Positions 22,183-35,100 of a stretch of 51,306 bases of DNA are shown here, piece by piece. Every line of letters starts with the position of its first letter. Within the stretch, counting starts at the first letter, position 1. The position numbers and the translations under genes are program-made. Below the pieces are notes generated by a model. That model was not told the DNA's origin. It saw nothing but the letters and a program-made list of their open reading frames with translations, and ran no database searches. This DNA is from Deltaproteobacteria bacterium (GTDB lineage Bacteria; Desulfobacterota; Syntrophia; Syntrophales; UBA2210), in contig JAFDBG010000003.1 in the NCBI GenBank assembly GCA_019313385.1, positions 1 through 51,306 of the forward strand, read 5' to 3'.

Positions 22183-22515
22183 TTACCCTTCGCTAAGCAC
22201 GACCGTTATATGACTTGTTCTTTTCTTTATGGCAGCAGCTCTTCCCTGTGCCCTTGCTCTCCACCTCTTCAGCGAAGGACCCTGATCAACGAATACCTCT
22301 TTTACATAAAGGACATTCTCATCCATGTTGGGATTCTGGGCTGCGTTAGCTATCGCGGATTTCAAAACTTTCCTGACAATATACGCAGCCTTTTTATGCG
22401 TAAAACCGAGCATAGTCTCAGCATATTCAACCTTTTTTCCTCTTATCAGATCAACCACCAGCCTTGCCTTCTGCGGTGATATCCGAACATGTTTAACAAC
22501 AGCTTTTGTTTCCAT
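22183..22515 (-). CDS. rplV: 50S ribosomal protein L22
   Basis: [28 protein letters not shown]. Confidence 0.99.
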   Translation of the reverse strand: METKAVVKHVRISPQKARLVVDLIRGKKVEYAETMLGFTHKKAAYIVRKVLKSAIANAAQNPNMDENVLYVKEVFVDQGPSLKRWRARAQGRAAAIKKRTSHITVVLSEG

Positions 22516-22545
22516 TAGTCACAAAACTCCACATACTGATTCTGA

Positions 22546-22830
22546 CTATCTCTTTTTCAGTTTTGTCTTCCTGTCTCCAGCATGACTGTAAAAGGTCCTC
22601 GTTGGCGCAAATTCACCCAACTTGTGTCCAACCATATCCTCAGTCACATATACAGGAATAAACTTCTTTCCATTGTGTACCGCAAACGTATGACCTACAA
22701 GATCGGGGATAATCATGGAACGGCGGGACCACGTCTTTATTACCGCCCTGCTTCTTGCAGCTTCTGCCAATCGCACCTTCTTAAGAAGCTTCTCATTAAT
22801 ATAAGGACCTTTTTTTATTGAACGTGCCAC
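22546..22830 (-). CDS. rpsS: 30S ribosomal protein S19
   Basis: [27 protein letters not shown]. Confidence 0.99.
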   Translation of the reverse strand: MARSIKKGPYINEKLLKKVRLAEAARSRAVIKTWSRRSMIIPDLVGHTFAVHNGKKFIPVYVTEDMVGHKLGEFAPTRTFYSHAGDRKTKLKKR

Positions 22831-22833
22831 GCC

Positions 22834-23655
22834 CTAACCTCTCTTCTTTACAATATATTTATCAGAACTTTTATTCTTCCTAGTCTTGTAACCTTTGGTG
22901 GGCACCCCCCACGGAGTGCATGGATGCCTACCACCGGACGACTTACCCTCACCACCACCCATTGGATGGTCAACGGGATTCATAACTACTCCACGAACCT
23001 TGGGTCTCTTCCCCAGCCACCTTGTCCGTCCCGCCTTTCCTATACTCAGATTTTCGTGATCAATGTTACCGATTTGTCCTATTGTTGCCTTGCATCCCAT
23101 CAGGACTTTCCGGACTTCTCCCGAAGGCAGGCGAACTTGGGCATAGGATCCCTCTTTCGCCATAAGCTGGCCATAAGAACCAGCGCTGCGAATCAACTGC
23201 CCGCCCTTACCCATTTTAAGTTCAAGGTTATGAATCTGAGAACCCAAGGGTATATTCCTCAGCGGAATCGTGTTGCCCGTCTTTATATCCTCTTTCTCGC
23301 CACTAATAACAGTATCGCCCACTTTAAGACCCAGAGGAGCAAGTATATATTTTTTTTCTCCATCCCTGTAATGGAGAAGCGCTATTCTCGAAGAACGATT
23401 CGGATCATATTCAATGGCCGCTACCCTGGCAGGGACATCCAGCTTGTCACGCCTGAAATCTATGACCCTGAACTTTCTCTTATGACCCCCACCGATATGC
23501 CTGCTCGTCATCCGCCCCAGATTGTTTCGTCCGCCGGTCCTCTTCAGCGCCTTCACAAGACCCTTCTCAGGCTTCGCGTTTGTTATTTCCTCAAAGGTAG
23601 AGCATGTCTGGAATCTTCTACCCGGCGATGTTGGTTTGTATGCCTTCAGTGCCAT
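22834..23655 (-). CDS. rplB: 50S ribosomal protein L2
   Basis: [25 protein letters not shown]. Confidence 0.99.
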   Translation of the reverse strand: MALKAYKPTSPGRRFQTCSTFEEITNAKPEKGLVKALKRTGGRNNLGRMTSRHIGGGHKRKFRVIDFRRDKLDVPARVAAIEYDPNRSSRIALLHYRDGEKKYILAPLGLKVGDTVISGEKEDIKTGNTIPLRNIPLGSQIHNLELKMGKGGQLIRSAGSYGQLMAKEGSYAQVRLPSGEVRKVLMGCKATIGQIGNIDHENLSIGKAGRTRWLGKRPKVRGVVMNPVDHPMGGGEGKSSGGRHPCTPWGVPTKGYKTRKNKSSDKYIVKKRG

Positions 23656-23677
23656 GTCTTTTTAAAACCCCTTCTTG

Positions 23678-23965
23678 TTATACTCCCTCATAAACCTCGA
23701 TAGTGCCGCCAGGAGCGAGGGTGATTACAGCCTTTTTCCAGCTACGTTTCCTGCCGACAATTTTGCCCACCCTCTTCTTTTTACCAGCTACATTTACAGT
23801 ATTAATATTCACTACTCTGACTTTGAATATCTTTTCAACGGCACTACGTATGTCTATCTTTGTTGCCCTTCGATCCACCTCGAAGAAATATTTATTCTCT
23901 TCATCCCTGGCAATCGTACTCTTTTCCGTAACAAGCGGTTTTTTTATGACGGAATATATATTCAT
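23678..23965 (-). CDS. rplW: 50S ribosomal protein L23
   Basis: PLVTEKS, GK.KR, WKKAVITL. Confidence 0.98.
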   Translation of the reverse strand: MNIYSVIKKPLVTEKSTIARDEENKYFFEVDRRATKIDIRSAVEKIFKVRVVNINTVNVAGKKKRVGKIVGRKRSWKKAVITLAPGGTIEVYEGV

Positions 23966-24588
23966 TATAACAACAATGCCCCTTCTATCTTTTTCACAGA
24001 GGACTCCAGAAGAACAAGATCATCATAATTGAGAAGATCATACACATTGATGCCCTCTGATCGCATCATCTTCACATTTTTAATATTCTTAGACGATTTT
24101 TCCAGAATGGTATTCCTCTCATCCAACACAAAAAGAGTCTTTCCAAGCTCAAACCGGTCAAGAACCTCTTTAAATCTCTTCGTCTTTATCTCCTCCATGG
24201 GAAAGTCTCTGAGAATTGTTACTTTGTCCTCTTTAACTTTCATACTTAGAGCAGATCTCAGCGCTGCTTTTCTTACCTTTTTCGGAACCTTGTAAGAATA
24301 ATCTCTAGGCGCGGGACCAAATACAACCCCCCCGCCTCTCCAGAGGGGAGACCTTATAGTGCCGGCCCTTGCCCTCCCTGTTCCCTTCTGTCGCCACGGC
24401 TTTCTTCCACCACCGCGCACACCACTCCTGGTCTTGGTGGAAACGGTCCCCTGTCTTCTACACGCAAGCTGCATCTTCACAACTTCATAGAGTATGTGCT
24501 CATTAACATCAGCGCCGAAGACAAGGTCGCTTAGATCCAACTCGGCTACCCTGGTTTTCTCTATATCATACACATTCAGAACCGGCAT
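23965..24588 (-). CDS. rplD: 50S ribosomal protein L4
   Basis: KPWRQKGTGRARAG..RSPLWRGGG. Confidence 0.99.
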   Translation of the reverse strand: MPVLNVYDIEKTRVAELDLSDLVFGADVNEHILYEVVKMQLACRRQGTVSTKTRSGVRGGGRKPWRQKGTGRARAGTIRSPLWRGGGVVFGPAPRDYSYKVPKKVRKAALRSALSMKVKEDKVTILRDFPMEEIKTKRFKEVLDRFELGKTLFVLDERNTILEKSSKNIKNVKMMRSEGINVYDLLNYDDLVLLESSVKKIEGALLL

Positions 24589-24607
24589 CTTCTACCACTC
24601 AATATCC

Positions 24608-25237
24608 TTATATTTTAATAGAATCCTTAATTAAGACAATACCATTCTTGCTGCTGGGGACAGATCCCTTTACCAGAATAAGGTTTTGCTCCGGCCTTAT
24701 ACCCACCACCATCAAGTTTTGCACTGTCTGCCTGCGGTTGCCCATATGCCCTGGCATTTTCTTTCCCTTAAAAACCCTGGAAGGCGATGCACTGGCTCCT
24801 ATAGATCCTGGCGCCCTGTGAAACATTGAGCCATGGCCGCCAGGCCCGCCACGAAACCCGTACCTCTTCACTACACCGGCAAACCCCCTGCCTCTGGTCG
24901 TTCCAACCACATCTATATAGTCACCCACTGCGAAGATATCGGCCTTCAGTTCCGAGCCCACTTCATAATCACTGGCAAACCCAAGCCTAAACTCTTTAAG
25001 AACTCTGAAATATCCTTTATCGGCTTCCTTAAAATGCCCCTTGAGGGGTTTAGTAACCCCCTTTTCTTTTACCCGATCAAACCCGAGCTGCAGGGCATCA
25101 TATCCGTCCACTTTGCCGGTCTTCTTCTGTACGACAACACACGGTCCCGCTTCAATGGCAGTGACAGGAATAACAGAGCCGTCATTCCAGAATATCTGCG
25201 TCATACCTAATTTTTTGCCTATCAATCCCTTTTTCAT
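24608..25237 (-). CDS. rplC: 50S ribosomal protein L3
   Basis: [26 protein letters not shown]. Confidence 0.99.
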   Translation of the reverse strand: MKKGLIGKKLGMTQIFWNDGSVIPVTAIEAGPCVVVQKKTGKVDGYDALQLGFDRVKEKGVTKPLKGHFKEADKGYFRVLKEFRLGFASDYEVGSELKADIFAVGDYIDVVGTTRGRGFAGVVKRYGFRGGPGGHGSMFHRAPGSIGASASPSRVFKGKKMPGHMGNRRQTVQNLMVVGIRPEQNLILVKGSVPSSKNGIVLIKDSIKI

Positions 25238-25320
25238 GACACCTACGATTTCCCATGCACTTTTTTGACAAAAATGAGGAGACGCGACTTAAAAGATCAT
25301 CTCCTCACTATTCGCCAAGT

Positions 25321-25629
25321 CTATAACTTTATTTCCACATCAACGCCAGCCGAAAGATCAAGCTTCATCAACGTATCTACAGTTGCCTGCGTTGGCTCCA
25401 TGATATCGATAAGCCTTTTATGCGTTCTGATTTCAAATTGCTCTCTGGACTTTTTATCAACATTGGCAGACCTATTAACACAATATTTATTTATCACTGT
25501 CGGAAGGGGAATAGGGCCCGCAACACGCGCTCCTGTCCTCTTCGCAGATTCCGCAATATCCTGTGCCGACTTGTCAAGCAGCTTATAATCATAAGCCTTG
25601 AGACGAATTCTTATCTTTTGATTTTCCAT
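25321..25629 (-). CDS. rpsJ: 30S ribosomal protein S10
   Basis: [29 protein letters not shown]. Confidence 0.99.
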   Translation of the reverse strand: MENQKIRIRLKAYDYKLLDKSAQDIAESAKRTGARVAGPIPLPTVINKYCVNRSANVDKKSREQFEIRTHKRLIDIMEPTQATVDTLMKLDLSAGVDVEIKL

Positions 25630-25662
25630 CTAGCCCTCTATCAATTATCATCTGCCAGTTTC

Positions 25663-26856
25663 TTATTCTATGATTTCGCTGACGACACCGGCCCCAACAG
25701 TTCTGCCACCTTCACGGATAGCAAACCTCAGCTGCACCTCCATGGCAATGGGGGTTATCAGCTCAGCCACTATTTCCACATTATCACCGGGCATTACCAT
25801 TTCAATCCCTTCTGGAAGGGTGGCAATTCCCGTCACATCAGTCGTCCTGAAATAAAACTGCGGCCGGTAACCATTGAAAAACGGGGTGTGCCTTCCACCC
25901 TCTTCTTTCGTGAGGACATAGACCTGGGCCTTGAACTTGGTATGGGGGGTGATGGATCCGGGTTTCGCGACAACCTGCCCCCTTTCAACATCTTCCCGCT
26001 TTGTACCCCTCAAGAGAAGACCAACATCGTCACCGGCTCTGCCCTCATCAAGGGTCTTGCGGAACATTTCCACGCCGGTACATACAGTTTTAAAGGTGGG
26101 CCTGATCCCCACTACTTCAACCTCTTCGCCCGTCTTGACAACCCCCCTGTCAATACGACCGGTGACAACCGTCCCACGTCCGGAGATGGTAAACACATCA
26201 CCGACAGGCATAAGAAAAGGTCTCTCAAGGTCTCGAGCAGGTTGAGGAATATAAGAATCAACGGCATCCAGCAGCTCCCGGATGCTTTTCATATCTTCGG
26301 AATTCGGATCATCGCTCTCCAGGGCCTTCAAGGCCGACCCTCTTATAATCGGAATATCATCACCCGGGAAATTATAATCCGTCAAGAGCTCTCTCAGTTC
26401 AAGCTCAACAAGATCGAGAAGTTCAGGATCATCCACCAGATCAACCTTATTCATAAAAACAATAACGCATGGTACCTGAACCTGCCTGGCCAAGAGTATA
26501 TGCTCTCTCGTCTGCGGCATGGGGCCGTCCGAGGCCGCCACTACCAGTATGGTGCCATCCATGTGAGCAGCGCCCGATATCATGTTCTTTATGTAGTCAG
26601 CATGCCCCGGGCAATCGACATGTGCATAATGTCTCGTTTCGGTTTCATACTCAATATGAGAGATATTGATGGTTACACCCCTTTCCTTCTCCTCGGGGGC
26701 GTTATCAATCGAATCAAAGGGCATATATTCGGCAAAGCCCTTGGAGGCCAGGTATTTTGTCATAGCGGCGGTCAATGTAGTTTTCCCATGGTCCACATGT
26801 CCAATGGTTCCAATATTCAGATGTGGTTTTGTCCTTTCAAATTTCTTCTTTGCCAT
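25663..26856 (-). CDS. tuf: Elongation factor Tu
   Basis: [34 protein letters not shown]. Confidence 0.99.
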   Translation of the reverse strand: MAKKKFERTKPHLNIGTIGHVDHGKTTLTAAMTKYLASKGFAEYMPFDSIDNAPEEKERGVTINISHIEYETETRHYAHVDCPGHADYIKNMISGAAHMDGTILVVAASDGPMPQTREHILLARQVQVPCVIVFMNKVDLVDDPELLDLVELELRELLTDYNFPGDDIPIIRGSALKALESDDPNSEDMKSIRELLDAVDSYIPQPARDLERPFLMPVGDVFTISGRGTVVTGRIDRGVVKTGEEVEVVGIRPTFKTVCTGVEMFRKTLDEGRAGDDVGLLLRGTKREDVERGQVVAKPGSITPHTKFKAQVYVLTKEEGGRHTPFFNGYRPQFYFRTTDVTGIATLPEGIEMVMPGDNVEIVAELITPIAMEVQLRFAIREGGRTVGAGVVSEIIE

Positions 26857-27019
26857 AACCATTACCTCCTTTAATTAAAAATGGTCAACTAACCCTCTTA
26901 CCAATCCTGATAGAATCGGGATAACTTCATTACTTACATCTACTCCTGTAAAATATCCTTTTTCAGCTTATCCGCAACCACAAGAAACAGACTGAATCCC
27001 AAACCTAGAAAGCCGCATC

Positions 27020-27490
27020 CTAAAATCTGTAATGGGCAAATGCCTTGTTCGCTTCAGCCATCTTGTGGGTATCTTCTCTCTTTTTGACAGATGCTCCCCT
27101 GCCGGCGGCCGCATCCATAAATTCAGCTGCCAATTTTTCCTTCATGCTTTTACCGACACGTGATTTGGCATTCCCTATCAACCACCTGATCGCAAGAGCT
27201 GTGCGCCTGTCCGGCAACACCTCCGTAGGCACCTGATATGTGGCACCGCCTATCCGTCTCGACTTTACCTCAAGAGCAGGCCTTACATTATCCATAGCCT
27301 TTTCAAAAATCTCAAGGGGGGACCCGTTCACCTTATTTTCTATACTGTCAAAAGCACCATAAAGCATGGACTCGGCAATGCTCTTCTTCCCCTTCTTCAA
27401 GAGGTTATTAATAAACCTCGCCACCAGGACACTGCTGTACTTGGAATCCGCCAGTATCTTTCTTTTCGTTACTTCTCTTCTCCTCGGCAT
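27020..27490 (-). CDS. rpsG: 30S ribosomal protein S7
   Basis: [30 protein letters not shown]. Confidence 0.99.
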   Translation of the reverse strand: MPRRREVTKRKILADSKYSSVLVARFINNLLKKGKKSIAESMLYGAFDSIENKVNGSPLEIFEKAMDNVRPALEVKSRRIGGATYQVPTEVLPDRRTALAIRWLIGNAKSRVGKSMKEKLAAEFMDAAAGRGASVKKREDTHKMAEANKAFAHYRF

Positions 27491-27504
27491 ATAACTGTTC
27501 CTGT

Positions 27505-27876
27505 CTACTTAGGTTTTTTGGAGCCGTATTTTGACCTGCTCTGTTTTCTGTCCTGAACCCCTACGGCATCCAGCGAACCCCTTACGATATGATACCTGAC
27601 TCCGGGAAGGTCCTTAACCCTGCCGCCTCTTACGAGAACAACGGAATGCTCCTGAAGATTGTGCCCTATGCCCGGTATATACGAGGTTACCTCGTAACCA
27701 CTTGTAAGACGAACCCTGGCCACCTTTCTAAGGGCGGAATTCGGTTTCTTGGGAGTAGTGGTATACACCCTCACACAAACCCCCCTTCTCTGGGGACAAC
27801 TGGCAAGAGCCGGCACTGAAGCCTTCTTCTTTATTTTTGATCTACCCTTGCGTATCAACTGGTTTATCGTAGGCAT
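27505..27876 (-). CDS. rpsL: 30S ribosomal protein S12
   Basis: [23 protein letters not shown]. Confidence 0.99.
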   Translation of the reverse strand: MPTINQLIRKGRSKIKKKASVPALASCPQRRGVCVRVYTTTPKKPNSALRKVARVRLTSGYEVTSYIPGIGHNLQEHSVVLVRGGRVKDLPGVRYHIVRGSLDAVGVQDRKQSRSKYGSKKPK

Positions 27877-27941
27877 TACCCCTCCTCAAATCCTTCTCGT
27901 ATATCTTCAGAAACTAACGTGCAACAAAGTGGGAACTTGTA

Positions 27942-30900
27942 TCAATTCACACCTTGACTGTCAAGGGTTTTCTCCATACTTTCTTCGTTTATTTGCCGAT
28001 CTTCAGAAACCGGGATTTCGTTCTTAACATCTATTCCCAGTCTCTTATATATGGGAAGTCCCGTGCCGGCAGGAATAAGCCTGCCCATAATCACATTTTC
28101 CTTGAGACCTCTCAAATAATCTACCTTTCCGGACAGGGCGGCCTCCGTGAGCACTCGGGTTGTTTCCTGGAAAGACGCCGCGGAGATAAAGCTTTCGGTA
28201 TGAAGCGATGCCTTGGTGATACCAAGGAGCACGGGTACGGCAGTGGCCGGTTCTTCTCCCCGCTGAATTGCTTCCTCGTTCACCTCTCCAAACCTGTTCT
28301 TATCCACATGTTCATCCACGAGAAAAGAGGTATCGCCGGAGTTTGTAACTCTTATTTTTTTGAGCATCTGTCGCACGATAATCTCTATGTGCTTGTCATT
28401 GATCTTGACACCCTGCAACCTGTAAACCTCCTGCACCTCGTCGACCAGATAATGCGCCAGTTCTTTTTCACCCTTGATATTAAGAATGTCATGAGGATTA
28501 ATAGATCCATCCATCAGGGCCTGACCTGCTATCACCCTGTCACCCTCCTGTACACTTATATGCTTCCCCCTTGCAACCAGATACTCCTTAGGGTCACCAA
28601 TGGCAGGCGTTACAATTATTCTTCTCTTCCCCTTGACATCCTCACCGTATGAGACCTCCCCGTCTATTTCGGTTATAACGGCACACTCTTTCGGCTTTCT
28701 CGCCTCAAAGAGTTCCGCGACACGCGGGAGGCCTCCCGTGATATCCTTTGTCTTGGTGGTCTCCCGTGGGATCCTGGCGATAATATCACCTGCCTTTATC
28801 TCGTCACCTTCTGAGACACCGATATTCGCCCCTACAGGCAACATATACCGCGCGATTGTATGCGACCCGGGAACTCTGGCTGTTTTCCCATCCTTGTCCT
28901 TTATCGAAACTCTGGGGCGCAGGTCGGCAACCCTGTATTCCACAATTACCTTCCTTGAAAGACCGGTAACCTCGTCAACCTGCTCCTGCATGGTTTTACC
29001 CTCAACAATATCTCCAAACCTTATGGTTCCACCAATTTCGGAAAGTATTGGAATAGCATAGGGATCCCACTGAGCAATCAGGGTGCCTGCCTTTATGTCA
29101 TGCCCTTCAGCAACCTTTAAATGAGCCCCATAGGGAACAGGATATTTACCACGGTTTCTTCCTTTTTCATCTAGGACGTGAACCTCTCCATTCCTGCTCA
29201 TAACAACGGTTTCATTATTCTTGTTTACAGCTACATTGGCATCAACGAACTTGAGCATACCATCATGTCTCGCCTCCAGAGTGGAGTGCTCGTCAAACTT
29301 CGCTGTACCACCTATGTGGAATGTTCTCATGGTCAACTGGGTTCCTGGTTCGCCTATGGACTGAGCCGCAATAATACCAACAGCCTCGCCTATATTTACC
29401 AGATGACCATGCGCCAGATCTCTCCCATAGCACAACGCACAGATTCCATATTTTGACTTGCAAGTCAGGGCAGATCTTATAAGTACTCTTTCCAGCCCCG
29501 CTTTGTCGATATTTTCCGCAAGAGTTTCATCAATCTCCTGATTTGCTTCCACCAGGATTTCTCCGGTAAAGGGATCTGCTATATCCTCCAGAGCAACTCT
29601 CCCGAGAATACGCTCGCCCACCGTTTCCATTATTTCTCCACCCTCAACCAGGGCTGAAACGTAAATTCCATCGAGAGTGCCGCAATCCTTCTCCATAACA
29701 ATACCATCCTGCGCCGCATCAACAAGCCTTCTCGTGAGATAGCCTGAGTTCGCTGTCTTCAGGGCAGTGTCGGCAAGGCCCTTCCTGGCGCCATGCGTGG
29801 AAATAAAGTACTGCAGAACCGTAAGACCTTCCCTGAAGTTAGCGGTAATGGGTGTTTCTATAATCTCTCCTGACGGCTTTGCCATCAGCCCCCTCATGCC
29901 GGCAAGTTGTCTCGTCTGGGCCGCACTGCCACGGGCACCCGAATCGGCCATCATATAAATCGAATTGAAACTCTCAACCTGCTCCTTCGTCCCGTCGGGG
30001 GCCGTTATCTCCTCGGTACCGATACCCCCCAGCATGTCATCGGCAACCTTTTCAGTGGCATGGGCCCAGATATCGATAACCTTATTGTACCGTTCACCAT
30101 CGGTTATCAGACCGTCCATATACTGTTTCTGCATTTCCAGAACATCTTTCTGTGCCCTGCTAACAATATCAACCTTACTGCCGGGAATAGCAAGATCACC
30201 TATGGCGATCGACAGACCGGAAATCGTGGCATATTTATATCCAAGATCCTTCAATTGGTCCGCCAGTATCACCGTCGTTTTTGCCCCGGAGTGTCTGTAG
30301 GCATAATCAACCAGGTTGGCTATTTCCTTCTTGTTCATAACCTTATTAATAAAACCAAAGGGGATCTCGTTGGGGATAATCTCGTAGAGCAATATTCTAC
30401 CCACCGTCGTGTCAATCATCCCTTCTTTCATACGGACCTTTATACTGGCATGAAGGTCAACCGCTTCCGCATCATACGCGCTTCTCACCTCATCGGGATC
30501 GGAGAAGGTCATTCCTTCCCCTTTTACATACTCCCTTGACCTGGTCATGTAATATATACCGAGGACCATGTCCTGACTGGGAACGATTACAGGCTTGCCA
30601 TTGGCCGGAGAGAGTATGTTGTTGGTAGACATCATGAGGCATCTTGCCTCTACCTGTGCCTCTACCGACAGAGGGACATGCACTGCCATCTGATCGCCAT
30701 CAAAATCCGCATTGAATGCCGCGCAAACGAGGGGATGGAGCTGCAGGGCTTTCCCTTCAATAAGGACGGGCTCGAAAGCCTGAATACCAAGTCTGTGCAG
30801 GGTTGGGGCCCTGTTCAGTAACACGGGATATTCACGCACAACTTCATCCAGAGCATCCCATACTTCCGGAACTTCTTTCTCGACCATCTTCTTCGCGCTC

Positions 30901-32090
30901 TTTACTGTTGTTACATATCCCTTTTCTTCAAGCCTACTATAGATAAATGGTTTGAATAATTCCAACGCCATCTTTTTGGGAAGCCCGCACTGATGTAACC
31001 TTAGATCCGGTCCAACCGTGATCACAGACCTTCCGGAATAATCAACCCTCTTTCCGAGCAGATTCTGCCTGAATCTGCCCTGCTTACCCTTGAGCATATC
31101 TGACAGAGATCTCAAAGGCCTCTTCTTATTGGAACCCGTGACAGCGCGACCACGCCTCCCGTTGTCAAACAGACAATCAACGGCCTCCTGGAGCATCCTT
31201 TTTTCATTTCTTGTAATAATATCCGGAGCATTTAATTCCAGCAGGCGTTTCAAACGGTTGTTTCTGTTTATAACTCTCCTGTAGAGATCATTTAGATCGG
31301 AAGTGGCAAAGCGACCACCATCCAGGGGAACCAGAGGCCTCAGGTCGGGAGGGATTACCGGAAGTACTGTAAGGGTCATCCATTCAGGTCTGTTCCCCGA
31401 TTTTTTCAATGCTTCGACAACCTTCAACCTTTTTGTGAGTTTTGTCTTTTTGGTGACTGAGGTGGCTTCTTTAAGCCCGACACGGAGCTCATCGTCCAAT
31501 TCTTCCAGATTGATCTCCTCCAGAAGTTTTCTGATAGCTTCTGCTCCTATGCCCGCCTCAAAAGCATCGTAGCCATATTCCTCCAGCACTTCCAGATATC
31601 GATCTTCCGAAAGAAGTTCTCTCTTTTCCAGGGGGGTATCCTTCGGATCAAGGACTATCCACGACTCAAAATATAAAACCCGCTCCAATTCCTTCAGTGT
31701 AAGATCCAGAACATTTCCTATTCTGCTGGGCAGGCTCTTGAGAAACCAGATATGCGCCACAGGTGCGGCCAGAACTATATGCCCCATCCTTTCCCTGCGA
31801 ACTTTCGACTGGATGACTTCAACCCCGCATTTCTCGCATACCATACCGCGGTGTTTCATCCTCTTATATCGACCGCAGAGACACTCGTAGTCCTTGACCG
31901 GTCCGAAGATCTTCGCGCAGAACAGACCGTCTCTTTCGGGCTTGAATGTCCTGTAATTTATAGTCTCAGGCTTCTTAACCTCGCCATGCGACCACGAGAT
32001 TATATCTTCCGGCGAGGCCAACGACACTTTGATAGCATCAAATCTTACTGGATCCTTAGGCTTCTCGAAAAAACCATAGATATCTTCCAC
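27942..32090 (-). CDS. rpoC: RNA polymerase beta' subunit
   Basis: [12 protein letters not shown] active-site motif, Zn-finger [14 protein letters not shown]. Confidence 0.99.
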   Translation of the reverse strand: MEDIYGFFEKPKDPVRFDAIKVSLASPEDIISWSHGEVKKPETINYRTFKPERDGLFCAKIFGPVKDYECLCGRYKRMKHRGMVCEKCGVEVIQSKVRRERMGHIVLAAPVAHIWFLKSLPSRIGNVLDLTLKELERVLYFESWIVLDPKDTPLEKRELLSEDRYLEVLEEYGYDAFEAGIGAEAIRKLLEEINLEELDDELRVGLKEATSVTKKTKLTKRLKVVEALKKSGNRPEWMTLTVLPVIPPDLRPLVPLDGGRFATSDLNDLYRRVINRNNRLKRLLELNAPDIITRNEKRMLQEAVDCLFDNGRRGRAVTGSNKKRPLRSLSDMLKGKQGRFRQNLLGKRVDYSGRSVITVGPDLRLHQCGLPKKMALELFKPFIYSRLEEKGYVTTVKSAKKMVEKEVPEVWDALDEVVREYPVLLNRAPTLHRLGIQAFEPVLIEGKALQLHPLVCAAFNADFDGDQMAVHVPLSVEAQVEARCLMMSTNNILSPANGKPVIVPSQDMVLGIYYMTRSREYVKGEGMTFSDPDEVRSAYDAEAVDLHASIKVRMKEGMIDTTVGRILLYEIIPNEIPFGFINKVMNKKEIANLVDYAYRHSGAKTTVILADQLKDLGYKYATISGLSIAIGDLAIPGSKVDIVSRAQKDVLEMQKQYMDGLITDGERYNKVIDIWAHATEKVADDMLGGIGTEEITAPDGTKEQVESFNSIYMMADSGARGSAAQTRQLAGMRGLMAKPSGEIIETPITANFREGLTVLQYFISTHGARKGLADTALKTANSGYLTRRLVDAAQDGIVMEKDCGTLDGIYVSALVEGGEIMETVGERILGRVALEDIADPFTGEILVEANQEIDETLAENIDKAGLERVLIRSALTCKSKYGICALCYGRDLAHGHLVNIGEAVGIIAAQSIGEPGTQLTMRTFHIGGTAKFDEHSTLEARHDGMLKFVDANVAVNKNNETVVMSRNGEVHVLDEKGRNRGKYPVPYGAHLKVAEGHDIKAGTLIAQWDPYAIPILSEIGGTIRFGDIVEGKTMQEQVDEVTGLSRKVIVEYRVADLRPRVSIKDKDGKTARVPGSHTIARYMLPVGANIGVSEGDEIKAGDIIARIPRETTKTKDITGGLPRVAELFEARKPKECAVITEIDGEVSYGEDVKGKRRIIVTPAIGDPKEYLVARGKHISVQEGDRVIAGQALMDGSINPHDILNIKGEKELAHYLVDEVQEVYRLQGVKINDKHIEIIVRQMLKKIRVTNSGDTSFLVDEHVDKNRFGEVNEEAIQRGEEPATAVPVLLGITKASLHTESFISAASFQETTRVLTEAALSGKVDYLRGLKENVIMGRLIPAGTGLPIYKRLGIDVKNEIPVSEDRQINEESMEKTLDSQGVN

Positions 32091-32137
32091 TGGATAAAAC
32101 TCCCTTTATTCCAAAAATGTTCTACAATAAACCCTTA

Positions 32138-35100
32138 CTAACTTTCTATTAATTCAACATTAATAGCCAGCCCCTGTAATTCCTTGACAAGCACATTAAA
32201 GGACTCCGGCAATCCGGGCTCCAGGGTATGTTCCCCCTTTACTATAGCCTCATACATCCTCGTTCTTCCCACCACATCATCCGACTTGACAGTAAGAAAC
32301 TCCTGCAACATGTGGGCAGCGCCGTAGGCCTCAATTGCCCATACCTCCATTTCACCCAGCCTCTGACCACCAAACTGCGCCTTTCCTCCAAGCGGTTGCT
32401 GTGTAACCAGGGAATACGGACCTATGGATCTCGCATGGATCTTATCATCGACAAGGTGGTGGAGTTTCAACATGTAGATCATTCCTACGGTTACCTTCTG
32501 ATCAAAAGGTTCACCTGTCCGGCCGTCAAAAAGCGTTGTCTGACCTGTTTCCGGCAGATCTGCTGCCTTCAGCATATCCCTTATTTCACTTTCACGAGCT
32601 CCGTCAAAAACCGGTGTGGCCAGGGGGACTCCCACTTCCAATTTGCGAATGAATTTCTTAACTTCATCTTCAGTAGCTCCATCCACAAAATCATCAAATT
32701 CGGAAGATGAATATAACCCCTTCAGTTCTTTTTTTACCACACCCATATCAACCCCATCCGCAAGGGCCTGAAGCTTCTCACCCAAACCCTTCGCCGCCCA
32801 CCCGAGGTGAGTTTCGAGAATCTGGCCTACATTCATACGCGAAGGTACACCAAGGGGATTTAAGACGATATCAACAGGTGTTCCATCCTTAAAGAAGGGC
32901 ATATCCTCCTCCGGAAGTATTCGTCCCAACACCCCCTTGTTTCCGTGCCTGCCCGACATTTTGTCGCCAACGGAGAGTTTCCTCTTTATGGCAATATACA
33001 CCTTTACCAGTTTGATCACACCGGGCAGCAATTCATCGCTTGTTTTCACCGTTGCTATCTTCTCCGCAAAGAATGTCTCGATAGATTCTATTCTCTTCGC
33101 AAGACTATCTAACGCGGATCTCACCTTTTCTTCAGCCTTGTAATCATCAATCGTTATATCCTTCCAGAACCTGAAGGGGATAAGGTCAAGAGCATTTTTG
33201 GTAATTGTTTCCGACTTTTTCAGAAAGGTTTTCCTGCCATCCTGATCAACCAGTCTCGAAGCGGAGATTTTTCCTGCAAACAATTCAGAGATCTTTTTCT
33301 TCACGTTATGGGTAATAATCCTGATTTCATCATCCCTGTCTTTGAGGAGGCTGCCTACCTCTTCGTCTTCTATCTCCTGAGATCTGCTGTCTTTCTCAGT
33401 GCCCTTGCGGGTAAATATCTTGGCATCTATAACCACTCCTTCTACGCCGGGTGGAATTCTGAGAGATGTATCCCTGACATCGCCGGCCTTTTCTCCGAAT
33501 ATGGCACGTAGAAGCTTCTCCTCTGGCGACAACTGGGTCTCACCCTTTGGCGTAACCTTTCCCACAAGAACATCACCCGCTTTTACCGAGACACCTATCC
33601 TGACAATACCGCTTCCATCCAGATTTCTCAGGGCATCTTCTCCCACGTTGGGGATATCTCTTGTAATCTCTTCCTTGCCCAGTTTCGTGTCTCTGGCCAC
33701 AGTCTCAAATTCTTCTATATGCACGGAAGTATAGATATCATCCTTTACGATTCTCTCACTGAGCAATATGGAATCTTCGTAGTTGTATCCACCCCATGGC
33801 ATGAAAGCCACCATAATGTTCCTGCCCAATGCCAGCTCACCGTTATCGGTAGCCGGACCGTCGGCTATGATGTCTCCTTTTTTTACCCTGCGTCCCTTGT
33901 CTACAATTGGCTTGTGATTGAAACAGGTATTCTGGTTTGAACGCTGATATTTTATAAGGCTGTATATATCGACACCAATATCTAATTCATCCCCATCTTC
34001 TGTATCGCGTTTGATAACGATCCTCGCCGCATCAACATCCTCCACGATACCGGATTCTTTTGCCACAACAACAGCGCCGGAATCCCGAGCGACAACTGCC
34101 CCCATACCGGTCCCCACAAGGGGGGCCTCCGGTTTTAACAGCGGGACGGCCTGGCGTTGCATATTAGACCCCATCAGGGCCCGGTTGGCATCATCGTGTT
34201 CCAGAAACGGAATAAGCCCGGCAGCAACCGATACAAGCTGATCGGGAGACACATCCATCAGGTTTATCTCCCCGGGGCCTACGGTTACGTAATTTCCACT
34301 TTTTCTTGCAGTGATGAACTCCTGAGTAAATCTACCAGTTGAGTCAAAGGGTACATTCGCCTGGGCTATGATATAATCTTCTTCCTCTGTCGCGGTAAGA
34401 TACTGTATCCTGTCAAGGACCTTACCACCTTCCACAACCCTGTAAGGCGTCTCTATAAAACCGAAATCATTCACCCAAGCATAGGCGCTGAGGGATACGA
34501 TCAGGCCGATATTAGGGCCTTCAGGCGTTTCAACAGGACACACACGCCCGTAGTGGGTATTGTGAACATCTCTTACCTCAAAACCTGCCCTCTCACGGGT
34601 AAGGCCTCCGGGGCCGAGAGCCGATAGTCTTCTCTTGTGCGTAATCTCAGAAAGAGGATTGGTCTGATCCATAAACTGAGACAGCTGGCTGCTCCCGAAA
34701 AACTCATTAACTACGGCGGTAACGGGCTTGGCGTTTATAAGATCGTGGGGCATCATGGTTTCTATATCAAGAAGACTCATCTTCTCCTTGATGGCACGTT
34801 CCATCCTCACCAGTCCAATCCTGTATTGATTTTCTATAAGTTCTCCAACGGACCGGACCCTTCTATTTCCGAGGTGATCTATATCATCAACACTGTAATC
34901 AGCCATACCATTCTTCAGATTGATAAGATATTTCACGGCTTCCATGATATCCTCCCGGCGAAGAACCGTCACATCAGAAGGCACATCCATGCGAAGCTTA
35001 TAGTTCATCTTAACGCGTCCTACATCAGAAAGATCGTAGCTGTCGCTATTAAAGAAGAGACTGTTGAAAAATCTACGGGCGGTTTCAAACGAGGGGGGAT

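Noticed and set aside
25420-26874. 484-aa plus-strand ORF antisense to tuf/rpsJ
   Set aside because: Shadow ORF produced by the codon bias of a highly conserved gene; no motifs. The same applies to the many antisense ORFs over rpoBC, ribosomal genes and hsdM.
26895-26950. AGGAG followed by ATG-TAA and a short ORF (MKLSRFYQDW) between rpsG and tuf, as a fusA remnant
   Set aside because: No recognisable similarity to either end of EF-G; probably chance.
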